A DNA stretch of 64,000 nucleotides from Bugula neritina (taxonomy: Eukaryota > Animalia > Bryozoa). Below, one piece after another: positions 49,401-64,000 of this stretch. The notes under the pieces are model-generated. The model made no database searches. It was not told where the DNA came from and saw only the letters and a program-made list of their open reading frames with translations. The position numbers were made by a program, and so were the translations under genes. Positions within the stretch are counted from its first letter, which is position 1, and the number at the start of each line of letters is the position of its first letter. The stretch covers positions 2,542,001 to 2,606,000 of the forward strand of contig OZ037769.1 of NCBI GenBank assembly GCA_964035545.1, given 5' to 3'.

Positions 49401-52400
49401 ATAAAGTTGGGAAGCAATTTTCAGTCTTCCTGACATCTCCAAACATTTGAACCACCTGGCACCGTGTGTCATGTTATGTCTCAATGAACACTGAAGCTGC
49501 CCCTGAATGTTGGAATTGTATTATGGTCAGAGTATTTCAAATGTTAGACAGTTAGACAGTTGTCATAGTAATGCAGTTGTCATGGTTACGCAGAAGTCTA
49601 ACGTTTTCCTGTTCAGTCTGCTGAGACTGAGTCCGTCTTGTTTTGCAGACGAAATGGTGGCATTGAAGAAAGTTCGGCTGGAGAATGAAAAGGAAGGGTT
49701 TCCGATCACGGCGGTTCGGGAAATCAAGATTCTGAGGCAGCTGAATCACCCGAACATCGTGAACCTGATGGAGGTGGTAACGGACAAACAGAGGGCTCAG
49801 GACTTCCGCAATGACAAAGGTGAGTTCCACATAATTTTACTGGAAGACCTGCAATAAGCGGTTTCAAACAACTGTTTCTAAAGTTTTGTTTATCAATCTC
49901 CAAGGTGACTCATCATTAGGAGATCTCATTCTGAATGACTAGAGTTGCTAGCACCTTTCTGTCGAGCTGACTGGTTGAGTGTTGTCGTGGGATGAGTGAT
50001 TTGATATGCGGTGAGCTTGTTGTATTTGTTTGACATGTTACTGCAGGTGCCTTCTACCTGGTGTTTGAGTACATGGACCACGATCTCCTGGGACTGCTTG
50101 AGTCAGGCATGGTACAATTGCATCAGGACCACATTGCCAGTTTCACCAAGCAGTTGCTCGACGGACTCAACTACACTCATAAGAAAGAATTTCTTCACCG
50201 TGATATCAAGTGCTCAAATATTCTCGTCAACAATCGGTAAAACCTCTATACACTAGAAATTTCTCACTTAACGGAAACATTTTATTTTATAAAAACATTC
50301 TTTTAATTCTGCTTTTTTCTTGATGGTTTTCATAACTAAAAATGCTAAATGTTTTAAGTAGTACAACATATGTGTGTGTTTTTGGAGTTATCTGCCATTC
50401 ACTATGCTATTTCTCATATGTATGCTGCAGTTTTCCAGTGAAACTATAGTTTTCCAGTGTCTCTGGTGGCAGTGAAACTATAGGAATACATCCTACAACT
50501 AGTTAGCCTAATATTCTCTCCTCATTGTGCAGACAATGTGACCATCACTTTTATTATTATAGGGGACAAATAAAACTAGCTGACTTTGGACTTGCTCGGT
50601 TGTACGACTCGGATGACAAGGATAGACCGTACACTAACAAAGTTATCACACTCTGGTACAGACCTCCTGAGCTGTTACTAGGGGAGGAGAGATACGGCCC
50701 TTCCATAGACATCTGGAGTGTCGGGTGAGTCTCAGTCTATCATCTCTCCTGGCTGATGTCATTACAGTTTAGTTCTCTTATTCTAGTATGTGCTACTATA
50801 ATGAATATGCTACAGAATTCTAGTAACCTGGTGTTACAGAGTAGTTTGTGTTTCAGTTGCATTCTGGGAGAATTCTTCACCAGAAAGCCGATATTTCCAG
50901 CGAATGAGGAGAGACAGCAGCTGGACCTCATATCTCGTATATGTGGCACCCCGACACCGGCCGTATGGCCAGATGTCTTTAAACTTCCTCTTTTCCACAC
51001 GATGAAACCCAAGAAGTCGTATTCTAGGAGAATCCGAGAGGAGTTTGCACGGTTTCAGTAAGTTTAAAGCTGCACTTTCTGTATTATATACAATAATAAT
51101 GCTGCCAATGTCATGTTTTGCTCTCTGAAATGGGAATTCATTCACTACTATTGTTAACCTTTTACCAAATGTATTTCATGTGAAAGAGTTTCAATATGTT
51201 GGCGTGTTGACATCCCAGAGGCAGCTGCAGTCCCTTGAGCATTGCTAAAGGTAAATAAAGTCTCCACTCGCATTGTATGTTTGTGCTGTACGTAGGATGC
51301 CCGGCTCTGCCCTTGACCTTCTAGACTCCATGCTGAAGTTAGACCCCTCCAAGAGAATCACCGCGGAGGAGGCACTACGCAGCGTCTGGCTACGAAATGT
51401 GGACCCCGAGAAGATAATTCCTCCCGTGTAAGTGTCCTTTAAATTTTGTAATGCTAACGGTGGGTTATTATTCATCTGGGAATAGAGTGGGGAGATTGAT
51501 GGCATAGGTTTGTGAATGGACTCGCTACTCAACCTCCTATATGCCATTGCGTCTGAATTCTTTTGATTATTTGTTAATTCAAATGTTGAATTGTGTTAAG
51601 AAGTGACTGTTGTGGGTCCAACGGCAAGCTTGCAACTTGCATTACTAGGCTTTAAGTATATCTTTTTTATATATCAGTGAATTATTTATACCAGTCTGAA
51701 CTATTTTTCCTCTGTTTACTGTAGACTACCCCACATTGACTGTCACGAGATGTGGAGTAAGAAGAGAAAGAAGGAAAGACAGTCAAATGCTGGTAAACAC
51801 GAGGTCTCAGCATCCGGAGAACCAGCTGGCAGCAGCAGCAGTAGACAGTCAGCCTCTGATAGTCAAAGTAACAGCAGCAAAGACGTTCCTGTCAAGGTAT
51901 TTGCTTAACTTGGCTCTTATGCTTTACAATGAAATTGTTATAATACAAATTAGTGGTCTTTATTGCTTCTTAGGTGAAATTTGAGCACATCTAGTAATAT
52001 CAGCTATTTACTTCTCTCTATTATCTTGTTATTTACTCACTGGTCCATTTAATGAAACACATTTAAAATGATGGTATTTTATCAAAGTAATTATGCATAT
52101 TTTCATAGGCATTATTTAATTAGCATATAATATAATATTTAATTAGCATGTAATATAATGCGCATATCGTTGTTGCCTCTCCTTATTTAATTTCTATTTT
52201 CGTGTCTTCAGAGTGACAACACATCAGCTAGTCATACGAATGAATCGACAAAAGAGCCCGTCATACCCGGCCTTGACATTAGTGTGAGTTCTTCATCAAG
52301 CACGTCCACCAAGCCTACAACCACCACTTCTAACTCCTCACGTCGCTCAAGTAACAAGGACAGTAGTTCTAGTAAATTCCAGCAGGCAGCGAAGAAGAGA

Positions 52401-53792
52401 AGTTTAACAGCAGACAGTAGCATGATCGGCAACCTTGACATTGCCAGTCTAGTAACTCCAGGTATTCCCCTGTGTGTACGTCACATTGTCATACTTGCTC
52501 TGTCTACGAAAAATGAAATTTCTTTTCTTGTAAGTCAGCTATTTACACCCTGGAAGCCATAAAAAGCTTGCCAAAGCTCACCACAATTGGCGATTATTTC
52601 ATTTGCTTTGACAATAACTGTGGCAAACCTCAACACTCAATTTCCAAGAGTTGAGAGGCGGCTGGTCAAATTCAGAAAAACTCAGGCGGTGTTCTTCAAA
52701 TGGTTCTATAAGCAGCTCTGACTTATGGTTGATTGAGTTCAGTAGTTTGAGTTCTCCAAGCTTCAGAATCCCAAACTACTGAACTCATTCGCTCCAAGTA
52801 GGAGTTGCTTATAGAAGCATTGATGCTCCTCAGACCATTCATATTAAGTTGTTCTTTTTCTCTTCTGTATTCACATTATTTAATACCTGAAATATTGTGT
52901 TCAATGGTTTCATTCCTCTTCAGGTAAAGCACCAACCATAGAAGAGCTGGCTACCAAACTCAATGTACCTTTGGAAACAGTCGATGACCAAACAAAAATA
53001 CTTCTAGAGAACCTTACCAAGCAACTGGGTTTAGTGGCTAGGCAAGGAGCGGCACAAACTATGAGCACTCTCCCACCCGAGCTGAGAGAGGAGCAAACTA
53101 GCGGCTCTCAGTCTAACATACCTCCAGAGCTGAGACAGGCCCCGCCCACTAACATCCCGCCTGAGCTACGATCTCAGCAGACGGCAATACCTCTGAACCC
53201 CGAGAGTGAGACTGCGAAGGAGCGCGATAGACTACACCACAAGCATTCCGTCTATAGCAATAAGTCTCACCAACACGTCGTACACTCGTACAACCAAACC
53301 CATTCAGGTATGGACTCTAGTGATGCTAGTGCCGAGTACTCCACTAGTTATCCTCCGGTGGAAATAGACGATGACAAGGTGTCGTCTATCGCAACATTGA
53401 CAGTCGAATATGGCCACGGGAAAAATCGGGTGAGAGGAAGTGATGCAACAAGCGAATCTGTTCTGACATCTTTACAGACTGATATTAGTTCAGGCATGTC
53501 CAACCATAGTAATGGCGCCGTGAACACACTCTCTTCCTCCAACACAGATAAGGATAGAATAGAGAACAGTGGTAGTCAAAGACATATGAACAGTAACCGC
53601 AGTCAGCAGGCTAAAGCTGGCAATGGCTTTCTACCTCGGCAGCTGCAAAACCGACCAAACAATAATTATGGTCGGCAGCAACAGCGACCTTTAGCCAATA
53701 GACAACCTCATCCCATGTTCAATTCTAGAGGCGGGGAGCACAACTCCCGACCCAACCAGCATCCACATGGTAATCAGACTCGAAAATGGTGA
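46500..53792 (+). CDS. CDK12: Cyclin-dependent kinase 12/13
   Basis: Exons: 46500-47149, 47448-47671, 48063-48270, 48681-48844, 49216-49305, 49649-49819, 50047-50236, 50563-50724, 50857-51051 (or 51057), 51296-51427, 51725-51896, 52212-52461, 52924-53792. RS-rich N-terminus, Pro-rich region, [62 protein letters not shown] extension. Confidence 0.96.
48847..49040. repeat. 16-bp minisatellite (catgtcactgtgtcac/t) starting at intron position +3
   Basis: About 12 copies directly after TGGG|gt at 48845. Confidence 0.9.
52696..52822. repeat. ~125-bp imperfect inverted repeat (hairpin) in the last CDK12 intron
   Basis: ttctataagcagctc pairs with gagttgcttatagaa; gagttcagtagtttg pairs with caaactactgaactc. 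Confidence 0.8.
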
Positions 53793-54718
53793 ACTTATAA
53801 ATTATCCTATTTTATGTACATCAAATAGATTTTTGTAAATAAATTCTGTATATTATTAGTACATTAAAAGGTGATCTATTGTAAAATATGTGTGGGTATA
53901 CACAATATACAAATATCTGTTGGAATTCAAGTCTAACTGGTGTCTAACACCTGGCTTATCTGAAAGGATTGACTCACACACAATACTTGTTGTAGGATAA
54001 CTTGATAACATTTTTACTATTGTTTTGTTCAAATAGAAAAACTTTAAATTGCCTGCAATTTGTAAATAAGATAACACACATTGTGCAATTCAATAAAGAA
54101 TAAAATTTTCCAACTATTCAATTTAATAAATACATTGGCATGAATTTGTTCTTGAAGTCTACTCTGTTCTAGAGGCACAATTATCTAAAATAATAATAAA
54201 TTTAACAAGTGGATTAGTTTAAGCACATTATACACTGTAAACTATAGGCTATAACGTGAAGGCAAAAAGGCAACAATTATTTGCCTCATTTTGCAAGAAC
54301 ATTATTGTAGCAACATAACTGTGGTGAATGTTGAGAAGTAATACAATATGTACAATTTAAAAAATTGAAAAAGAGTATATGTAAATATACTTTTGAAGTT
54401 TCCCGAAAAATTTACCTATTCAAAGAGTGGGATATCTCACAAAAACTAGAAAACTATTTCCACTATAGGCTCTCTTGTCATAATATTAAAAACTTTACCA
54501 GAGACTTTTAAATGCAAATCTGCTGATGAGAAATTTTACAGACATGAAAAGAACATTTATTGTTACATTTTATAATAATGGTTAATGTGTACATTAAACA
54601 GTCATGATCTGTTGTTGTCTAAGTGTCCAGTAGCTTTATCATACAAGTATATTTACATCTGGGTCAGCATAGCCTTTGGTTCTTCACAGGTTGTTCCATG
54701 GCTGTAGGTAGGATATGC

Positions 54719-57601
<2,883 letters not shown>

Positions 57602-59701
57602 GTTACAAGTAATTGCACTATCTCACAGTAAAACTTTAAAATATATATAGAAAGTAAATTCTAGTTAGGTCTTAATTTAAAGATCACGACTTTTACTTTA
57701 GGAACAAGAAAAAATAAATATGTCGTGCAATTCTTTTTATAAAATACGCTTTTTTTACTCCCGCAGTAAAGAAGCCGTTTTGCCAATACAATACCCTTTA
57801 GCACTGCGAGCTTTTGGCAGTACGGCTGTCAATCACTATAAAGTAGTATAAAAGTCTTGGTAAATACACACAACAACCAAAGGCTACATACTGGAAATCC
57901 CCACATGACGAATTGGGCTGCGAATGCTTGCATGGAAAGCGCGGAAAGCCATTATGCCTTATGGTCATACTCAACCATATTGATATTGACACAATTACAG
58001 TACATTATAATTATATAGGTTTCATATTAAGGTTCTAATAGTAATAGTATTATTGCTTTGCCTCATTGTGTTAGCATTTCTTAAACTTGCATTTGCTATA
58101 TGAGGATCATCGCTAACTTTAGGTTTAACTTTATCTTTAACTTTAAGTTTAATTAATAATTTAAAGTTTAAATTATTATTAATATTATAATTATAATTTA
58201 GCAATCTCATAATCAATAAAAATTATGAATGATTGTTTAATATCATTATAATTATGATACTGATACGTGATAAGTGATAGTAATACTCATACTGACACTG
58301 GTAGTCAATTGAATTGTTACTCATACTGATACTGATACTTACAGTTACACTTACAGTCTTCATACTGATACTAATAGTCATACTCAATGTCATAGTGATA
58401 GTTTTACTTATAGTTATACTGTTATAGTTCCAAAAGACCAAAACAGTTTTAGTTTAATTTGCTCAGCACTAGACCCAGTAATATATCTAAAACTAGTACA
58501 CACTACACAAGCGTCGTTAACGGTTTAGTGACATTCTGTAGTTTTCAAGATTTGCTGCTAATAAAGTTATAGTGATGGTGCATGTTCACATAATAAATGA
58601 TAATGTATTGTGACTAAAATTATAAACAAAATTATGATAAACACATACTATTACTAATCTGATCTGACGCATTAGTACTTTGCAGACAAATATTTAAATT
58701 AAAGTTAATAATAAATTAATATATACTTGCATCATAGGTGTTGAAGACATGATAGCCTACTGTATGTGTTGTTGAAAATAAATCAAATGTAATAACTTTT
58801 ACTAAAATTGAGTCTATTGACTAATGATGCTTAACCATTTGAAAAAACATTGCTTTTTATTTTCAACAATTTTGTAGGCAGTGCTGGGTTGTTTCACTCA
58901 ATACTTTCTACCACTTCTTTACTTTTTGCTATTGCAACTACATGAGTTTTAAAAATAATATCTTTTCATATTTTATAAATGTCACAAATATAATAAAAAT
59001 AACTTTTTTTTAAATTTTCTTCTAAGAAGCTTTTTGTAACAGTGTGGGTGTTAATAAGTTTAGAATTATCAAAACAACAATTATGGCTTGTAAATCATTA
59101 AAAAATCTCTATTCTTAAACTTTTTGCTTCTAATATATAATTATGTTGTAATGAAATTAAAGGATCTTTGATAGCAAAATATATTACATTCATTATAATA
59201 ATATTAGATTTTACAAAATCGCACCTTACGGTTTTCAAATTATACAAGTTTCAACACACTCTCTCTTTCTACCAAACAGTTCTTGAAAGGATTATAAGCA
59301 CCTGATTTCATATTACCGTTGCAAGGGTATAATTGTCCTTTTACTGTTTTCTGGGTGAAAAATATTCTATTTAACATAATATTTATAAAATGAGCATTAT
59401 AATATTTTCAGTGGGCTTTTAATTATGTTAAATTAAAATCTTTGCGTTTAAACCATCAAAATCTGTTCTAGCAAGCTCTTGAGTTGCATTTGCTATAAAA
59501 ATGTGTAAAGCACAATTAAAACGGCTCATAAGGTGATATTCTTTTCAAACAAAAAAAACAAGTAGTTTATGGCATGAGAATTTAAACTTGCTATATGTTT
59601 TACATACATCTACTATAGTTTATTGTAAGTATAATATAATGAAGTGAGTTGGCAGAATGTGCGGTTAAAGTTTAACAATAGACCTACAGTATAACCTAAA
59701 G

Positions 59702-61407
59702 CAGGGGTGTCCAACCTTTTCAGACCGAGGGCCAGTCTGCAAGTTTCAGCTTGAGCTGGGGGCCACAACATTTTTTTTGTTTTTAAAATAAATTTTCAAG
59801 ATTCATTAAACATCTGCAGGCCATATGCATTGTAATTATAAGCGAGGGCTAGGCTTTGCATGTTTATTAAAATCATAACATATTTGAATAGATATATATT
59901 ATTTATGTGTGTATGTGTGTATATATGCATTTAATTAAAATAGGTAAACAAGAAACATTTCATTTTTATTACTTTAATAATCAATAATTATATATGCATT
60001 TATGTTTGTGCATAAGAAATTATACATATATATTCATACAAAGTAAATATTCATGATTGTACATGCAAATTTAAACAAGATGTGCCAGTGCTAAGAGTCT
60101 GTACTCATATCAGTATAGTTATATTTTACAACCATCAGTGAAACACTTGTGAGTACACAGTGAGTACCGTTTGCCTTGAACAATTCTGTTAATATCTGGT
60201 TTCATATTAGAACATATAACCCTTAGTTACTGGACTAAGTGCTGACTAGTGAGTGAAGTGTAGTATTTATTTTGTGTATTTCATTTGACTGAAAATTGAA
60301 AGCTCAGAGTTCAAACCTTCAAGCCATCTCAGTGCAGCGCAGCATCCAACAAGCAGTCAAAGGTCAAAGGTCAAGGCGATTACAAATCCCAAATCATTTC
60401 AGTACATACTCGCACAAAATTCATTATAAAACAAAATTGTTTAGGCATCTAACCTTAAAACAGTATGTAAATGAAAACTAACATACATAAGAATATTTTA
60501 GTACTGCATAAATGAAGTGTGTCAGGGATTCTTCAACTACTTATCTTTCACAATACAGTCAATAAAAGTGAGATCTCAGTTATACTTTCAAAAAAGTCTT
60601 GTCTCTATATGGCCTGTCCTGGTTAAATGTCTTTGAAATACCTGTCTGCGCAGGATAGCTAAGGGCAACTTTTTAGCTGCAACTGCCTTGCTGAGGTTTG
60701 CATTGTAACTGTGTAAAAATTCAGTACCAGTAATAACAATCTTATTTAATTGAAGGCTACTAGAATCAAAATTTAAAAACTATGATGTGAATCTTATTTT
60801 TTCTCAGTGCAGCTTTTTTGGAATTTTTTCATTCTTTTGAAAAGTTATAGAAAAAAAACTGCACATTTTCGGCTAATTTTGCCTCAAAAGTTGATTTTTT
60901 TAGTACCAGTAAAATATCTTAGCAGGAAAACATGATATCTGAATAAAAAAGCAATAACTTTTAGATTTTATATAAATTGTGGATTTATACACTGGAAATG
61001 GTATATTTCTTTTCAAGTAGTAAACACTGTGCATCACTTCACACTTCAGTGAACGCGTAGAGATGAGCATATAATATAGGCAGCTACATTACTATAAGTC
61101 ACAGGCTTGCTAGCTAACAGACTATAATGACTAGCTTGCTGTAATTGGTTGTAGTTTGATCTCAGGCTAAACAATGACAAGTAGGCAACACGCATGCCAC
61201 CCACAGAACAATATTGTAGAAGAACTTAAACTACATTTTAATAGAAATTCTTAGTGGGATGCTCTCAATTATACCACGTGCTGCTGTTTCAGGCTAGTTA
61301 GCAAATTTGATGAACAAAAATTTGGAACTTGCTATACCTTTGGGGGGCCACACAAACATAGCTGGAGGGCCGGATCCGGCCCGCGGGCCGCCTGTTGGAC
61401 AGCCCTG
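59702..61407 (-). mobile_element. Decayed, internally deleted hAT (Charlie/SPIN-like) DNA transposon, 1706 bp
   Basis: TIRs CAGGGGTGTCCAAC and reverse complement CAGGGCTGTCCAAC; perfect 8-bp TSD acctaaag (59694-59701, 61408-61415); minus-strand transposase remnants LRWLEG and FSQMKYTK/NKYYTSLTSQHL..LRVICSNMKPDINRIV with a stop and a frameshift. Confidence 0.92.
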
Positions 61408-61994
61408 ACCTAAAGCAATTAGTTAACGCTGACAAGGGTTTTCATTAGTAACAAATGCTAAATGTAAAACAACCTGCATTTCATTAAACATAAGTTATTA
61501 TAGATTGTTGGGACATTAAATAAGCTTGGAAAGCTGGTTAAATAATCACAGTTTCACTTGTATTATCATAGCTATGTTAGCTATATTATGCTTTTTCTCT
61601 ATTGGGATACAAATTACAATGATTTTGGCTAGTACAAAATAGCAAACTTTTTGACTGTTAGAAAACCCAGCACTTTCTGTTATTCATTATCTTTTCTCTT
61701 TTCTTTCAGTCTGCGACAATAAACACATATACGAGATAATAAATACTTCTATATTATAATAAAACACAACAAAGATATTGGAGTTTCTTATTGAATAATT
61801 GTTTCTAAACCTAGATGTGGGCACAAAAAGCCATGACTTAATTAAAATGATGGTTTCATTGATAACTCAGCATTTTTCTTCTGTATAAAAACGACTAAAA
61901 ATAACTATTTTATAATAGTTATATAGAAATATAATAAATAAATAAGATTTTATCAAGATGGTTCTAGAATTTATTGACAAACTCTCTTTTGCAG

Positions 61995-64000
61995 GAGGCA
62001 TTTTAGATGCTGTCCATGACATTGGCAACAGCAATGTAACTCAGGTAAAAGATTCTTTAAATGAATAAAGATTACAAATAAAGTTTATTATCAATAGCCA
62101 AATGAAATCTATTCTGATTACAATTTTTTTATATATTATATAATCTAATATATAATTTAGTTAATTGGGTTCTAAATAAATTCTTATTTACATAAAATAT
62201 ATGAATATTTTACTTGTCAGCTCATTTTGTGTGTCCACTAAAACAGCTATACTAGGTTAGTGTTTTCATTTTCAGAGCTGTATATTGGGTTGTTCATGTT
62301 TGTGTTTATTTATAGAATGGAGCAGATGAGCTTTCCTATAGCAGTTCTGTGCCAGTTGGAGCCGGTCTTTCAAGTGTTGGCGCTTTTGGAAGACATAATT
62401 CCGTGTCCAACCCAGACGAAGTACTCGAGAATATACGTGCCCTTCGCAGGAATCTATTGGTGAGTATATCACTACGACCCCCCTGCTTTGTATTATGCGA
62501 AGGGTATTTTTCATTCAATGCATGAAGGCAGTGTCAATCGAATCAAATCACAATCATAGGTTAATTCGGGTTTTCATTTGATGTAATCTGTACAAGTATC
62601 CCATGCGTATTCATTCAATGCATTGAGACGTAGTGCAATAATAATAATCGAATAAAACCTGCGTCTGTGTCTATAGGCTGAGGAAAAGCACATGTCTAGA
62701 CGAAATACTCAGACTTCCGAGAATGAAAGAGAGGCTCAGTCTCTTGTTGCATCAGACAACTCTGTGGCTCAGAGCAAGATTTCTCTCAGAAGAGAGGATA
62801 ACCCCTCGTTACCTGCCTTGCAGTAAGAACTACTACTTCTTTGACACATAAGGCAGTTAATATACTGATTTCGTGGCAATATTTTAGTAAAATGTGTGAT
62901 TGGGACATTGGCTACAGTTTTCTATGCTTTCTCTCGGTGCATGTAAACAGCTGAGCTGTGGTATACTTCCAATTGCCTGTATTACGTCGTTACGTATTGC
63001 ATATTTTGTCAAGTGTCGAGTTTTGCTGTTGCAGTGAAACTCCAAAGGCAGCTGCCGGGTATTTCCTCAGTTTCCCGTTCTCCCAGCACGAGGTATGCTT
63101 GCATAACATGCTGTTTGTTTAATTTCTCTTTCACTCTGGTTAATGCTTACACATCTATATTCTTACATGTGACTAACAGTTAATAGTGACCATATAATTA
63201 CTTTTATTTTCATTGTTGATTGATTCTTCTATAGATAGTAGTAGTTACTAAAATAGAGGCGATTTAATTACCAAACATTAGTTTTACTAACTAGTTGTAA
63301 CAGATTTGTGTTCGTATCTCAGTCTGTGTTATAGCTGATCATGTAGCAGCCGTTTTACTAACTAACTTAGTAATTAATTGTAACAGACAGATTTTTGTTT
63401 GTTTTTATAGCTGCATTTTTTATTTGATTCTGCAGATAGCAAATCGGGACTCCTTAGTGTCGGATAGCGGACTGATGGTGAACAAGGAGACAGCTATCGA
63501 CTTCAGTGATATAGTACAGCTGGAGAGACAGGTACGGGGAGACGATCTACACACACTAGACGACTACATGCAGCTGGCTGTAGAGATCTCTGTGGAAGAC
63601 ACTGTCAGAGTGCACCAGGTCACAGGATCTCTAGAGGTGAACAGTAGTCAACACTTCCCGCTCAGTCACACCGTCAGCTCAGGAGACATGGTAGACAACT
63701 CCTGTCAGTGTCACCTCACGCAGCGACTCAACCTCGCTGACGCCGAGCTGCCGGAGGTAAAACTGTTTGATGTTTTTTAGCAGTTTTAAACGTCTTTCAT
63801 AATGTAAAGGCTAGTAACTGAAAATCCTTGCGTAATGTTTTAGAGAACCAGTCTGGGAGATATTCAGGCGTATCGACGACGTTTCTCTCTCAGCTCTCCT
63901 CTCCCCGACTCCAACAGTTCTGCCAGTCTGCCGGGAGTCTTGGATAAGTTTGCTTCCAACTTCACTCGCAGATTGGCTAACCAAATGCATCTGCATTCTA
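61995..64000 (+). CDS. Unidentified spliced protein-coding gene, partial; runs off the window
   Basis: Phase-compatible GT-AG exons 61995-62044, 62316-62459, 62677-62822, 63035-63092, 63436-63756, 63844->64000 form one open frame (…NGADELSYSSS…EVLENIRALRRNLL…IANRDSLVSD…). First exon not resolved; possibly ~57925-57963. Confidence 0.7.

Overview
AT-rich, intron-rich genomic DNA from an invertebrate animal (taxon not determinable from sequence alone). Most entries in the ORF track are exon fragments or translations of tandem repeats. Nine spliced genes were reconstructed by hand: the 3' part of a class IIa HDAC (+), histidine ammonia-lyase HAL (-), a GH20 beta-hexosaminidase (-), a secreted multi-CCP/sushi-like protein (-), a single-exon proline/tyrosine-motif transmembrane adaptor-like protein (+), INPP1 (-), CDK12/13 (+), NUDT21/CFIm25 (-), and the 5' part of an unidentified gene (+). 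Main finding: the hexosaminidase gene has two tandem homologous exons 49 nt apart, which look mutually exclusive. One encodes WYLNR, matching the HEXA Asn423-Arg424 anionic-substrate determinant. The other encodes WYLNV, lacking the Arg as HEXB does. One gene may therefore make alpha-like and beta-like subunits by splicing. Other points: two U12-type introns in HAL; many unrelated minisatellites abutting splice sites, two of which multiply the splice site itself; a PIF/Harbinger-type MITE; a decayed hAT element; tRNA-derived SINE-like copies. Exon coordinates were read by eye and may be off by a few bases.
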